A stretch of 64,000 bases of DNA. Origin: an uncultured Desulfurococcaceae archaeon (GTDB taxonomy: Archaea; Thermoproteota; Thermoprotei_A; Sulfolobales; NBVN01). Positions within the stretch are counted from its first letter, which is position 1. Every line of letters begins with the position of its first letter. The notes under the pieces were generated by a model. The model did not search any database. It was not told the DNA's origin and was given only the letters and a program-made list of their open reading frames with translations. This document shows positions 32,782-42,428 of the stretch, in pieces. The stretch spans positions 82,159-146,158 of the forward strand of contig CAZZLT010000046.1 in assembly GCA_964655125.1 (NCBI GenBank), given 5' to 3'. The position numbers and the translations under genes were made by a program.

Positions 32782-33486
32782 TTAATTCTTAGTTGTATCA
32801 ATATATTTAGATAGGTTGGCAGTACTCTTACCTGACTTACTGTAGGGTGTAGTAAGTATCTTAACTATCTTACTAGCCTTCTCATCACTAATCCCCTCAA
32901 TAACTGCTAACTCACTCTGTGAAGCATTAAACACAGCTCTTACAGTCTTGAATCTCTCTAACAGTTTATGAGCTGTCTTAATACCTACACCAGGTAAGGA
33001 CTGAACTATATGTAATTGCCATACCTGAATATCATCACTTCTAGGCTTAAGCACCCTCCTAAAACTTCGAATTACTGTAAGGTCTTCAATACCTATCTTT
33101 TCTGCTAAATGCTTAATAAATTCAGCTGTATGTCTGTAATCCCTCGTATAGTAGAGAACTACACCGAATCTTAAGATCGCTGTTATCAAAGCCCCCTCAA
33201 TAGCTCTCCACTTAGATGTTAAGTATCTAATATCGTTTAAATCACCTTCAATCACTAGTAATGGTGTGTCACAAACATCAACTAACTTACTTAACTGGTC
33301 GAAGAATCTACCGTCAAAAACAGAATGAATTAAATCATCAACTCTCTTCCTCTCAATAACTAATGAATCATTAATTATGTAATCACCTACATCAAGCATT
33401 TTATAGATTATCGTCAACCCAAAACTCTTAAGTATTTCAGGTATTCCTGAATTCCTCTCCCTCTCATCAACGTAAACCTTAACCAT
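32782..33486 (-). CDS. Short crenarchaeal-type XPF/ERCC4 nuclease
   Basis: ERCC4 motif GDYII...VIERKRVDDL and C-terminal (HhH)2 LPGVGIKTAHKLL. I chose the start at MVKVYVDERE (33486), next to the upstream stop; the track start is 33537. Confidence 0.85.
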   Translation of the reverse strand: MVKVYVDERERNSGIPEILKSFGLTIIYKMLDVGDYIINDSLVIERKRVDDLIHSVFDGRFFDQLSKLVDVCDTPLLVIEGDLNDIRYLTSKWRAIEGALITAILRFGVVLYYTRDYRHTAEFIKHLAEKIGIEDLTVIRSFRRVLKPRSDDIQVWQLHIVQSLPGVGIKTAHKLLERFKTVRAVFNASQSELAVIEGISDEKASKIVKILTTPYSKSGKSTANLSKYIDTTKN

Positions 33487-33487
33487 A

Positions 33488-34525
33488 CTAACTACACTCC
33501 TCAATCCATCTTCCATTATCAATAATCTTAAAATCACCGGTAATAGAACTAAAGAACTTACTAAAGATACTGAATAGTTCTTTAGGTGTAACCCCCCTCA
33601 CATAAGAACCACCAGCTAGTGAATGACCACCCCCAGAACCACTTAAGTTATTAGCTATATATGAAGCTAATAACCCCCCTAAAGGCTTACCTAACTCTTT
33701 AACCACATCCTCACTAACCCTTACAGTAATCCTTAAACCATCATCTCTACAAGCTACTGCAATACCTACATCAGCACCATTATCAATTAATACCTTAAGG
33801 ACGTTACCCTCATAAGCACCAACACATGTAATAGCGATTAAGTACTTACCAGACTTATATATACCTAATCTAGACATACCTTTAAGACGTGCTACCCTCT
33901 CCGAATAATCTATTTGAGATTTTCTAATTAAGAGAGACCTAGCTCTATCGTAATTACCTCCCAACATAATTAAATCTGATAGTATCTTAAATGTAGTCCC
34001 ATCAGCTAACTGTAACAACCTACTATCATATAGGATACCACCGATTAATAACGTAAGGTACTCACTACCTAAATCACCACCTATAGTTAGGAGTAATAAT
34101 GATACTATCTCAGAAGTAGCTTTTCTACTAGGGTCGTACAACCTTATTAAAGCATTATCTACTAGGTTATTAACTACATGATGATCTATTAAGACGTAAT
34201 CACTTATATGACTATAACAACCTAATTGCTCTCTAGATGCTGAATCAATAACTATAAACGTATCGCAAGACCCCTCAAAAGAACTATCATCATATATGTT
34301 ATAGGGTATACCGAGATTAACTATAAAATTTTTAGATATTGAGTCAATACCTTCAGGTGTTATTACATATACTTCATTAAGTTTATTCAACCTAACTATA
34401 ATTTCACGAAGTACTAATGCTGATGCTAAAGCATCTATATCTGCATTTCGATGTGTAATTAAGCAGTACTTTCTAGGGTTTTTTAAGAAGTTTAAGAATT
34501 CATTAATGTTTAGATCCTGAATCAT
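33488..34525 (-). CDS. DHH-family phosphoesterase (NrnA/RecJ-like), catalytic motifs intact
   Basis: HRNADIDALAS, LIDHHV and SGGGHSLAGG motifs. Confidence 0.8.
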   Translation of the reverse strand: MIQDLNINEFLNFLKNPRKYCLITHRNADIDALASALVLREIIVRLNKLNEVYVITPEGIDSISKNFIVNLGIPYNIYDDSSFEGSCDTFIVIDSASREQLGCYSHISDYVLIDHHVVNNLVDNALIRLYDPSRKATSEIVSLLLLTIGGDLGSEYLTLLIGGILYDSRLLQLADGTTFKILSDLIMLGGNYDRARSLLIRKSQIDYSERVARLKGMSRLGIYKSGKYLIAITCVGAYEGNVLKVLIDNGADVGIAVACRDDGLRITVRVSEDVVKELGKPLGGLLASYIANNLSGSGGGHSLAGGSYVRGVTPKELFSIFSKFFSSITGDFKIIDNGRWIEECS

Positions 34526-34832
34526 TAGAACTAACCTCTAATAACATATCCTCTAATAATTTGAACGCATCATCTATAATATTATCGATGATTACCTCAT
34601 ATTCTATAGGGATAGGTTTTGACGATATCAACTCTACTAACACATCACATGTTAAGGAATTACTGAGTTCTACAGTGATTGATGTATTTACCTCTAAATC
34701 CCTCCCTAAATTAATCTTAGATACTATACTACGTCTTATAAACTCATTAACCTTAATAACTAATTCCTCAAGAAAGGTTTCAGTTAGAGAATTAAGGTTT
34801 ATCCCTAAGTTAATTACGTACTTCTTCTTCAT
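34503..34832 (-). CDS. Conserved hypothetical protein next to prefoldin beta
   Basis: 109 aa with a 4-nt overlap with pfdB. No motif recognised. Confidence 0.5.
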   Translation of the reverse strand: MKKKYVINLGINLNSLTETFLEELVIKVNEFIRRSIVSKINLGRDLEVNTSITVELSNSLTCDVLVELISSKPIPIEYEVIIDNIIDDAFKLLEDMLLEVSSNDSGSKH

Positions 34833-35206
34833 CCAGCTTTAGCCTGCCTCCCATAAATCTTAGCTAGGTATTCATTTATCTTAGACTGAAGTTCATTTAA
34901 TTGCGACCTTAATAGTTGTTCCTGCCTTTCAATACTCTTTAATCTTAACTCAAGGATCTCCTTCTTATCATTTAACTCCTTTATAGCGTCATCCCTCTGA
35001 ACTCTAACCATGACATGACCTACGTTCTTGAAGACTATACCTGCAGGATCTAAAGAATTAAGGACTTCTAAAGCTCTATTAACTTCTGATAACTCACTAA
35101 TTATCACATTCTTCTCAGTAATAACCTGACCTAATTGATTCTGAATCTGCTGATACCTAACCAACATTTGCTGTACCTCAGGAGGTATCTGCTCAGTAAC
35201 TGACAC
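34829..35206 (-). CDS. pfdB: Prefoldin beta subunit
   Basis: 125 aa: coiled coil, beta hairpin, coiled coil (QQMLVRYQQIQNQL ... VFKNVGHVMVRV ... LRSQLNELQSKI). Confidence 0.88.
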   Translation of the reverse strand: MSVTEQIPPEVQQMLVRYQQIQNQLGQVITEKNVIISELSEVNRALEVLNSLDPAGIVFKNVGHVMVRVQRDDAIKELNDKKEILELRLKSIERQEQLLRSQLNELQSKINEYLAKIYGRQAKAG

Positions 35207-35335
35207 CTCATACCACCTAACTTACAATAAACTCTAACTTTAAAATTATATAAGTTTTAGTAATAGCTTATGACTGATTAACCTAAGCATTAACAGCAAA
35301 ATAACAAAATTTATTTTACTATGGTAATATATTAG

Positions 35336-36058
35336 GTGGGCTTCACTATGTATTCAACTCCTGAAGATATAATCAAGGATGTGTTGAAGGAAGGTAGGAG
35401 TAGACTATACGATCATGAAGCATTTAAACTACTAGAACTGAGTGGATTCCCAGTACCTAAGACATTTCTGGCTAAAAACGTTGATGAGGCTGTAGAATTT
35501 GCTGAGAAAGTAGGTTATCCAGTAGTTCTTAAGGTAGTAAGTCCTCAAGTAGTTCATAAATCAGATGTAGGTGGTGTACTACTAAATATAAGGAATTCGA
35601 AGGAAGTTGTTGAAGGCTTCAACAACATCTTCAACAACGTTAGGAAACATATACCTGATGCTGAGATATATGGAGTATTAATTCAGGAGATGCTACCATC
35701 AGGTCTAGAGACAATAGTTGGATCTACTAGAGACCCTATATTCGGTCCAATACTAGTCTTCGGCTTAGGCGGTATCTTCGTAGAAGTCTTAAGAGATGTT
35801 AGTTTTAGGATAGCTCCTGTAGAATTTGAGGAAGCGTTAGAGATGATTGACGAGATAAGGAGTAGTAGGGTGCTTGCTGGGTTTAGAGGTAGTCCACCTA
35901 GGGATAAGAAAGCAATTGCTGATATCATAGTTAAGCTCTCTAAATTAGTAAGTAGTATACCTGAGATTAAGGAGGTAGACCTAAACCCAGTTATAGTGTA
36001 TGAGGAAGGGAAGGGAGCTAAAATAGCTGACGCTAGATTCATACTATCTAAGGAGTGA
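35336..36058 (+). CDS. ADP-forming acetyl-CoA synthetase beta (ATP-grasp) subunit
   Basis: Collinear with the remembered Pyrococcus ACS beta: GYPVVLKVVSPQVVHKSDVGGV, FGLGGIFVEVLRDVSFR, DLNPV. Confidence 0.85.
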   Translation: MGFTMYSTPEDIIKDVLKEGRSRLYDHEAFKLLELSGFPVPKTFLAKNVDEAVEFAEKVGYPVVLKVVSPQVVHKSDVGGVLLNIRNSKEVVEGFNNIFNNVRKHIPDAEIYGVLIQEMLPSGLETIVGSTRDPIFGPILVFGLGGIFVEVLRDVSFRIAPVEFEEALEMIDEIRSSRVLAGFRGSPPRDKKAIADIIVKLSKLVSSIPEIKEVDLNPVIVYEEGKGAKIADARFILSKE

Positions 36059-36087
36059 TGAATTAAAATCATTAAATAACTTAAACC

Positions 36088-36333
36088 TTAGATATTTTCT
36101 ATAGAGTCAATTACCAACTTACTTAATCTCAATGTAGAATTAAGTACAGCCCTAATAGAACTAATCGTTGGAGCTTCTAAAACTATAATTAACTTAGTCC
36201 CATCATAAGATTTATTAATAGTTACGTTAATTCCTTTAGCCTTAATGAATTCCTCAGGTTTTAAAGCACTATATAGAGTGTTTAGTAAATCATTACTAAC
36301 TCCATCAACGATTATCACTACCTTATACACCAT
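36088..36333 (-). CDS. pcc1: KEOPS subunit Pcc1-like protein
   Basis: 81 aa with a LKPEE...L.I.LEA..ISSIRAVLNSTLRL pattern and superoperon context. Confidence 0.6.
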   Translation of the reverse strand: MVYKVVIIVDGVSNDLLNTLYSALKPEEFIKAKGINVTINKSYDGTKLIIVLEAPTISSIRAVLNSTLRLSKLVIDSIENI

Positions 36334-36883
36334 AGTTAATTACCTTAAGGATCTTAAACTCCGGTCCACAAGGCCTCTCACTCCTTAAACACTTAAACCC
36401 TACACATACACAGTCGTCACATTTACTAAGGATTACCTTAACAACATTACCATCTTCTGAAATACTATTTACGTTAATATCAGAACTTAATTTAATATCT
36501 AAGATAGTTACTAATGCGTTAACTATATCTGATTGAATATCCCTGATATCCTTACTATCTATGAATAAGTATTTAACTTTAATAGGTTTTTGAAACCCCT
36601 TAACCTCCCTACATAACTTAATAGAACTTAATTTAATTAGTAACTTCTTCTGTAGTTTATTACCTATATTAACGTAGTATACTAGAGCTGATGGATTCCC
36701 TTTCAATTCATAAAGAATTAAAACACCATTAGAGTTGTAGGCGTACATAATATTGATTAAATCGTCTAAAGTCTTCTTCCCCCTATTTACTCTTATATAC
36801 GTAGGTACTACAGCTACTAAATCCTTAATAAAACTCCTACTCCTTCTTGAGGGGTTCCTTGAAGTCGTTATTATCAATACCAT
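36323..36883 (-). CDS. Brix-domain ribosome biogenesis protein
   Basis: N-terminus LIITTSRNPSRRSRSFIKDL is typical of archaeal Brix/Imp4 proteins. Confidence 0.75.
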   Translation of the reverse strand: MVLIITTSRNPSRRSRSFIKDLVAVVPTYIRVNRGKKTLDDLINIMYAYNSNGVLILYELKGNPSALVYYVNIGNKLQKKLLIKLSSIKLCREVKGFQKPIKVKYLFIDSKDIRDIQSDIVNALVTILDIKLSSDINVNSISEDGNVVKVILSKCDDCVCVGFKCLRSERPCGPEFKILKVINYGV

Positions 36884-36890
36884 ACTTCAA

Positions 36891-37124
36891 CTACTTTAAA
36901 CCTGATATTGGTTGGTAAGCTCCTCCAGCAAAAACCCTACCACACTTACTACAACGCCAAACACCTACTGAAACCCTCTCCATCTCTGTCTTCAAACCGC
37001 ATAGAGGACAGTAATACTTTTCATACCTCTTCAACATTACATCTCTCCATTTCTTCCTAAGGGATGATCCGTATCGTGCACCGAACCTCCCAGCTATACC
37101 GACAACTTTAGTCCTCCCCATCAC
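36891..37124 (-). CDS. rpl37ae: Ribosomal protein L37Ae (eL43)
   Basis: GRTKVVGIAGRFGARYG plus zinc ribbon CPLCG...CSKCG. Confidence 0.93.
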   Translation of the reverse strand: MMGRTKVVGIAGRFGARYGSSLRKKWRDVMLKRYEKYYCPLCGLKTEMERVSVGVWRCSKCGRVFAGGAYQPISGLK

Positions 37125-37174
37125 ACATCACATCTATACACATTACTTTGTAATATTTAAATATTTACCGTAGT

Positions 37175-38020
37175 TTAAGTAGTTAATATGTTTTTAACTG
37201 TGTTGATGATCTCCTTCCCCTTAGTAAGTGCTATATTCATTATCGCTAGGACGTCATCTTCTGAGAGGTATCCATGACCTGATTTCTGTATACCTGTTAT
37301 TAAACCATCCTCACTAACTGCTACGATAACCTTAACATCAGATAATACACTCTCCTCAAGATCTGGATCTACGATTAAGTAATTCCCTATCTTACATACA
37401 GTAACAGTAACTACTGCTTTATTTAACGGGAGTGGTTCAGTCTTAACATTCTTATCTATTACTACCTCACCACCATCTCTAACCTCTACTTTAGGTAACT
37501 TAGCAGTCATTAACGCAGCTAGAGTCCCTATAGATGATGCATCAATTAGATTACCATCATGGTCTAAAACATATATATCCACCCAAACATTCCAGACCCT
37601 CCTACCTGGTACTAGGACTAACTTAGAGAGATCTATAGCTTTAGCCTCCCTAATACTCCTATCAATAACTCTAGCTAACTCTATAGCGTTTTCATCAGGT
37701 GGTCCCGGCTCAAACACTGGTGATGCAGTCGGTACGAACTCAGCATTAACCATTAAGTTACCTTCATTTGGTGTATCTGGGAATGGAGACCCTACCTCAA
37801 ACTTTACACCGACTAGTACTTGAGTACCTCCTAGTTTAACAAATGCTGAACCATCAGCATTTGGTATGTAGTCCTTAACTATATTAATAGGTCTAAACTC
37901 ATCAACTCTCCTCCCACTAATCCTTAAACCCTTACTCAACATTGAGATCATAACTTCAGATTTTAACTTAGGAACTACGTACTCACTTGATGGTGTTACC
38001 GACATACACTCACTCCTCAA
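37175..38020 (-). CDS. rrp42: Exosome subunit Rrp42 (inactive RNase PH-like)
   Basis: [12 protein letters not shown] start of an RNase PH fold; follows rrp41. Confidence 0.9.
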   Translation of the reverse strand: MRSECMSVTPSSEYVVPKLKSEVMISMLSKGLRISGRRVDEFRPINIVKDYIPNADGSAFVKLGGTQVLVGVKFEVGSPFPDTPNEGNLMVNAEFVPTASPVFEPGPPDENAIELARVIDRSIREAKAIDLSKLVLVPGRRVWNVWVDIYVLDHDGNLIDASSIGTLAALMTAKLPKVEVRDGGEVVIDKNVKTEPLPLNKAVVTVTVCKIGNYLIVDPDLEESVLSDVKVIVAVSEDGLITGIQKSGHGYLSEDDVLAIMNIALTKGKEIINTVKNILTT

Positions 38021-38738
38021 CCTTAATACTTAAGTACTTCTTCTTAAGTACCTCCTTCTGCATGTTATATATAACCTCTATACCTTTCTTAGCTAGGTTT
38101 AATGCCTGTATAAACTCTTCATGAGTTAAAACACCGTTTAACTGTAGCATTGTTATCCAACGTAGTGTAGGAGCCATAGCTACTGGCATATCAGCCTCAC
38201 CATACATATCCTCAACTTCATCAATATCTAGGACTAAAACCCCGTCAACCTTACCTACAGCTACACTAGCCACTAAATCCCTCATCGGTATCCCAGCATC
38301 AGCTAAAGCTAATGAAGCAGCTGTTATACTAGCAGTTCTAGTACCGCCGTCAGCGTTAATAACCTCAATGAATATATCTATTGATGTCCTAGGATATAAC
38401 TCGGACATTACTACAGGTTCTAAAGCTTCTCTAATAACCTTAGATAACTCTATCTCCCTCCTACTCGGTGCTGGATTCTTACGTTCATGTGTTGAGAATG
38501 GTGCCATATGATACCTACACCTAATAACAGCTCTATTAGGTAGTAATACATGTTTAGCTGGAGGTTCTCTAGGTCCGTAAACAGCTGCGAGTACCTTAGT
38601 CCTACCGTACTCAACAATAGCTGAGCCGTTAGAGTTCTTCAACACTCCAACAGTCATCGATATACTCCTTAACTCATCAAATCTCCTACCGTCATGTCTT
38701 AAATTACCTTCTATTAGTTTAACTCCTCCCTTACCCAA
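38010..38738 (-). CDS. rrp41: Exosome catalytic subunit Rrp41 (RNase PH)
   Basis: [12 protein letters not shown] and the RNase PH core. The track start (38822) would overlap rrp4 by 92 nt. TTG at 38738 sits 8 nt after GGAGGGGG and gives a typical 242-aa protein. Confidence 0.92.
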   Translation of the reverse strand: MGKGGVKLIEGNLRHDGRRFDELRSISMTVGVLKNSNGSAIVEYGRTKVLAAVYGPREPPAKHVLLPNRAVIRCRYHMAPFSTHERKNPAPSRREIELSKVIREALEPVVMSELYPRTSIDIFIEVINADGGTRTASITAASLALADAGIPMRDLVASVAVGKVDGVLVLDIDEVEDMYGEADMPVAMAPTLRWITMLQLNGVLTHEEFIQALNLAKKGIEVIYNMQKEVLKKKYLSIKVEE

Positions 38739-39453
38739 CGAATAACCCCCTCCTAACCTTCTCCTTAATAATAAACTCCTTAACCCTATCTGTAAGACCT
38801 GATATATGTGCTTCCTTCTCAATCTTCTTAATAGCGAGTATCGCTATCTCCTCAAAATCCTTACTTGGACAGTTATCAATTAATATCCTACCGTTCTGTG
38901 CAACAATTATCTCACACTTACATTCATTAGTAAGTAACTGTAGCATAGACCCCTTCCTACCTATAACTCTAGGTACTTTAGCTGAGCTTATCTCAACTAA
39001 AGACCCCTTACACACCTTACCGAAGCCCTTACCCTTAACTGATAAAGTGATTGTCCTACCCCTACCTACGTTCTCAACCTTAGCTAAGACAACATCACCT
39101 ATATCTAAGTAATCTGATAAGACCTCACGTCCCGGGTTTAAAGGTCTGTTTAAGAAGTCTGAAGCGTAGAGTACTGCAGGATGTAACGCTCTTATATCAA
39201 CTTCCCAACTAGTTAGACCTACAGATGTGATTATCCCTATAACTACATCACCTACCTTAGGGTAGTAAAACCCCTCTAAAGGTATAACACCGATTTTATC
39301 ACCCTCAATATCAGCTAATCCAACAACAGCTGAATAACACTTAGAATTTATACAGTATACTGTAGTAGGTGTTGATATTGATACCTTACCCTCACATAGT
39401 AGCTGACCTGGTGTTACTAACTCCCTATTCTGTACATATAATGACATACTCAT
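38731..39453 (-). CDS. rrp4: Exosome cap subunit Rrp4 (S1 + KH)
   Basis: S1 segment ([17 protein letters not shown]) and a KH GxxG ([10 protein letters not shown]). Confidence 0.9.
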   Translation of the reverse strand: MSMSLYVQNRELVTPGQLLCEGKVSISTPTTVYCINSKCYSAVVGLADIEGDKIGVIPLEGFYYPKVGDVVIGIITSVGLTSWEVDIRALHPAVLYASDFLNRPLNPGREVLSDYLDIGDVVLAKVENVGRGRTITLSVKGKGFGKVCKGSLVEISSAKVPRVIGRKGSMLQLLTNECKCEIIVAQNGRILIDNCPSKDFEEIAILAIKKIEKEAHISGLTDRVKEFIIKEKVRRGLFVG

Positions 39454-40151
39454 TAAATCACCTTAATACTTATCTCAGCAGCCCCCCTACAGAGGGAGTT
39501 TACCTTATCAATAACCTCATTTTGAAGCCCGGCTGGAATTTCCAGCTCTACTAGTAGAGAACCATCAGATAACCACTGCTGATTCTTAACATCACCTAAC
39601 TTCCTAATCTCACCCTGTACCCTCTTAGAGATCTCTGAGGGGACTTTAATAGTAATTAAAGCTTTAGAGATTTTTATTGGTAAGTATTTAGAGATTTCCT
39701 TAACTATACGAGTTGCTTGCTCTTCAACACCTTTATATAAGTCAATACTTACTTTAGCTTCCTCCATAGCCTTCTCAATACGTTGTGGAGGTATTGGAGT
39801 TTTAGTCCTCGGATCTACCGCTGACTTAGCTATGTAGTTAATGATCTGCCTCCTCTTAGCCTCTAATAACGCCCTCCTCTGCTCAGTAGTTAATTGTAAC
39901 TCACCATTCTTAACAATCTCAGCAGCTATTACTCTAATATCCTCAGTACCAAAGACCTTCTTAAGGTCTTCAGGTGATGCCTTCAAACCCTTCCTAACAT
40001 CTTTATATATGAAATCACTAACTAAAAAATCATCTATACTAATTCTCTTATCACCTTCTCTAAATCTTAAAGCTAAGTCCGGCTTAACAAGTATTTCAAA
40101 ATGTAAACCCTTAAACTCATATCGAGCGACCACATGTTCCTTACTACTCAT
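39453..40151 (-). CDS. SBDS/Sdo1 ribosome maturation protein
   Basis: FYSH-domain start [14 protein letters not shown]; 232 aa; canonical superoperon position. Confidence 0.9.
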   Translation of the reverse strand: MSSKEHVVARYEFKGLHFEILVKPDLALRFREGDKRISIDDFLVSDFIYKDVRKGLKASPEDLKKVFGTEDIRVIAAEIVKNGELQLTTEQRRALLEAKRRQIINYIAKSAVDPRTKTPIPPQRIEKAMEEAKVSIDLYKGVEEQATRIVKEISKYLPIKISKALITIKVPSEISKRVQGEIRKLGDVKNQQWLSDGSLLVELEIPAGLQNEVIDKVNSLCRGAAEISIKVI

Positions 40152-40879
40152 TTATTTACCCCAGCATCAACTATATATTGAGTTAGTTCCTCAGGTGTTA
40201 ATTTCCTAAAGACCTTCTCATCAACAGTTATGTAACCCATCTCTACAGCTTCTGGAGTTAAAGGACCTTCACTTGCTGCTCTTAAAGCCTTTAAACCTAA
40301 GAGTACTACCTCCTTAATACTTAAGTCCTTCTTATAATTCTTCTCAAGGAACTCTAACGCTGGCTGTTCTCCTGCACCCATAGCTATTGCTAAGTAACTA
40401 AAGTAGTAGCCATTAGTTTCAGTCTTAAATAAATTCACTCCCTTCCTATCAACACCTAAGAATATTAGAGATACACCGAAAGGTCTTACACCAGCATGTT
40501 GAGTATAGAGTTGTTTAATATCACATACACCCCTAACTAACATCTCAATATCTGCTGGCTCATCATATACGAACCTATGATTAAACGCTAACCTCCTAGC
40601 GTAATCTATAAGGATCCTACCATCTGCAGCAAGTCCAGCAAAACTCGCTCCTACATGAGTATCAATCAAGAATATCTTCTCTATCGATGAGAGGTCAATC
40701 AACGGAGTTACCTTCTTCTTCTCAGCTAAGATCACACCACCACTAACAGATTTAATACCGATTGTTGTCCACCCCTTCCTAACATTCTCAGCTGCATACT
40801 CAACCTGATATAACTTACCATCAGGTGAGAATACGGTTATCGCCCTATCATACCCCATAGCCGGTGGCCCGAACGCCAT
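40148..40879 (-). CDS. psmA: Proteasome alpha subunit
   Basis: [20 protein letters not shown] signature. Confidence 0.95.
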   Translation of the reverse strand: MAFGPPAMGYDRAITVFSPDGKLYQVEYAAENVRKGWTTIGIKSVSGGVILAEKKKVTPLIDLSSIEKIFLIDTHVGASFAGLAADGRILIDYARRLAFNHRFVYDEPADIEMLVRGVCDIKQLYTQHAGVRPFGVSLIFLGVDRKGVNLFKTETNGYYFSYLAIAMGAGEQPALEFLEKNYKKDLSIKEVVLLGLKALRAASEGPLTPEAVEMGYITVDEKVFRKLTPEELTQYIVDAGVNK

Positions 40880-41055
40880 CCTAACACCTACTAGAGATAC
40901 ATTAACAACAGCTATTAAATATTATCAATTATCAATACTAATACTATAAACTATTGAGAACTCATCACAAAGACATCCCATACCCCTCTCTCAAAGACTT
41001 AACATCAGTACTCTCTAAGTGAGGTTATAGTTATTATATCCGATGATATTAAAGC

Positions 41056-41062
41056 TTATAAA
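41056..41062 (+). promoter_or_regulatory. TATA box (TTATAAA, purine-rich AAAG upstream) for the tRNA transcript
   Basis: Lies about 25-40 nt upstream of the leader helix and the tRNA 5' end. The spacing would put the transcription start near 41081-41087. Confidence 0.4.
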
Positions 41063-41128
41063 GTATTAAGTGTAATAAGAGGTTGGGAGGCCAAAGCAGC
41101 GGGGTGGGGTAGCCAGGGAGCCCGCGGG

Positions 41129-41158
41129 AGGTAGGTTGCAGTAGTACCTACCCGCGAA
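41129..41158 (+). other. tRNA intron 1 (30 nt, position 30/31)
   Basis: Central helix CGCG:CGCG (41123-26 / 41153-56), bulges GGA and AAG, 7-bp inner helix 41130-36 / 41146-52, no outer helix. Confidence 0.8.
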
Positions 41159-41165
41159 GCTCATA

Positions 41166-41192
41166 TAATACAGTACTGGCTGTGTTGGAGAG
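41166..41192 (+). other. tRNA intron 2 (27 nt, canonical position 37/38)
   Basis: Anticodon stem as outer helix, CTCA:GGAG central helix (3 pairs plus 1 mismatch), bulges TAT and AGA, 6-bp inner helix 41167-72 / 41181-86. Confidence 0.85.
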
Positions 41193-41214
41193 ACCCCGAG
41201 GTCGGTGGTTCAAA

Positions 41215-41254
41215 ACGAGGTAGCCTGAGTAACTGTTGGGCTACCTCGTGAGAG
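41215..41254 (+). other. tRNA intron 3 (40 nt, T-loop position 59/60)
   Basis: T stem as outer helix, TTCA:TGAG central helix, bulges AAA and AGT, 10-bp inner hairpin 41216-25 / 41239-48. Confidence 0.88.
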
Positions 41255-41333
41255 TCCACCCCCCGCTACCAGAAGCCTCCCACCATCACCTCAGTTATAA
41301 ATTAATTAAGTTAATAATTATGAAGTAATTCAG

Positions 41334-42179
41334 GTGGGTTCATATATGATTAACGAACTTCATTTCGGGACTGCAGGAATACCTAACAGTACTATTAAGC
41401 CGTCAACCTTAAATGGTGTGATTAGAGTTCATGAGTTAGGTCTTAATGCCATGGAAATAGAATTTGTGAGGGGTGTTAGGATGAGTGTAGAGTCAGCGTT
41501 AGAGATTCGTAAAGTATCTGTAGAGTTAGGTGTTATATTGACTGTCCACGCACCATACTATATAAACTTACTCTCCTCGGAGGATTCTAAAGTTAATGCA
41601 TCTATTAAGAGAATCGTAGAATCTGCTAGGGTAGGTTCTAAAGCTGGTGCTTGGTCATTAGTATTCCACCCAGGATATTACGGGAAGTTAAAGTCTGAGG
41701 AATGTATAGAACATGTCAGGAAGATCCTGAAGAAAGTGGTTAAAGAGTTAATTGATGAGGGTATTAAGATGTGGATAAGACCTGAAGTTATGGGCGGTTT
41801 AGCTGAATTCGGATCTGTTGAGGAGGTAGTTGCAGTTACTGAGGGTTTAGACTACACATTACCATGTATAGACTTCGCTCACATATATGCTAGGAGCTTA
41901 GGTAAGGTAAATAATTATGATGCATTCAAAAACATTTTAGAATATATAGAGAGTAGATTAGGTAGTGAAGCATTAAAAAACTCACATATCCATATGTCCG
42001 GTATAGAGTATGGGGAGAGAGGAGAGGTAAAACATACTAATCTTAATGAATCTAAAATAAATTATGTAGATTTAATGAGAGTTCTTAAGGACTTTAAAGT
42101 AGTTGGTGTCCTCATTAGCGAATCACCAAATTTAGAGGATGATGCATTACTGATGATGCAGACATATAGGAGTATCTAG
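41334..42179 (+). CDS. AP-endonuclease family 2 / xylose-isomerase-like TIM-barrel protein (endonuclease IV-like)
   Basis: FGTAGIP start, VHAPYYINL, FHPG pattern; 281 aa. Confidence 0.6.
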   Translation: MGSYMINELHFGTAGIPNSTIKPSTLNGVIRVHELGLNAMEIEFVRGVRMSVESALEIRKVSVELGVILTVHAPYYINLLSSEDSKVNASIKRIVESARVGSKAGAWSLVFHPGYYGKLKSEECIEHVRKILKKVVKELIDEGIKMWIRPEVMGGLAEFGSVEEVVAVTEGLDYTLPCIDFAHIYARSLGKVNNYDAFKNILEYIESRLGSEALKNSHIHMSGIEYGERGEVKHTNLNESKINYVDLMRVLKDFKVVGVLISESPNLEDDALLMMQTYRSI

Positions 42180-42265
42180 TTTAACTACTTAGGATAGTTC
42201 ATGAAGTACCTCATCCTAAGAGTTTAAGCTTTTTACCGAGCTCAGGAATTAATAACTAACTTAAG

Positions 42266-42412
42266 TTAACTACATCTAAAGTTCTCATAACATATATTAA
42301 ATCTCTTAGCAACTTCACATAACTTATCAACAGGTATGAATGCTGAAGTACCTGATTCACTAATTATATATGCAAGCCTACCCTTAATTACAACTTTAAA
42401 CTTTTCACACAT
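42266..42412 (-). CDS. Possible 48-aa small protein (below track threshold)
   Basis: My translation reads MCEKFKVVIKGRLAYIISESGTSAFIPVDKLCEVAKRFNICYENFRCS. It starts 16 nt after the stop of the upstream co-oriented gene. No motif recognised. Confidence 0.25.
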   Translation of the reverse strand: MCEKFKVVIKGRLAYIISESGTSAFIPVDKLCEVAKRFNICYENFRCS

Positions 42413-42428
42413 TAATGAAATCCCTAAG

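Larger units (their letters stand above)
41098..41271 (+). tRNA. Initiator tRNA-Met (anticodon CAT) with three introns and encoded CCA
   Basis: Exons 41098-41128, 41159-41165, 41193-41214 and 41255-41271 join into a perfect 77-nt cloverleaf. It has A1:T72, G29-31:C39-41, the loop CTCATAA and the T arm GGTGG-TTCAAAT-CCACC. See findings. Confidence 0.9.

Noticed and set aside
41081-41290. First impression: a ~200-nt GC-rich island with paired ends, suggesting SRP (7S) RNA
   Set aside because: It is too short for an archaeal SRP RNA (~300 nt). It lacks helix 8 and helix 6 motifs. It resolves exactly into a cloverleaf tRNAi-Met plus three BHB introns.
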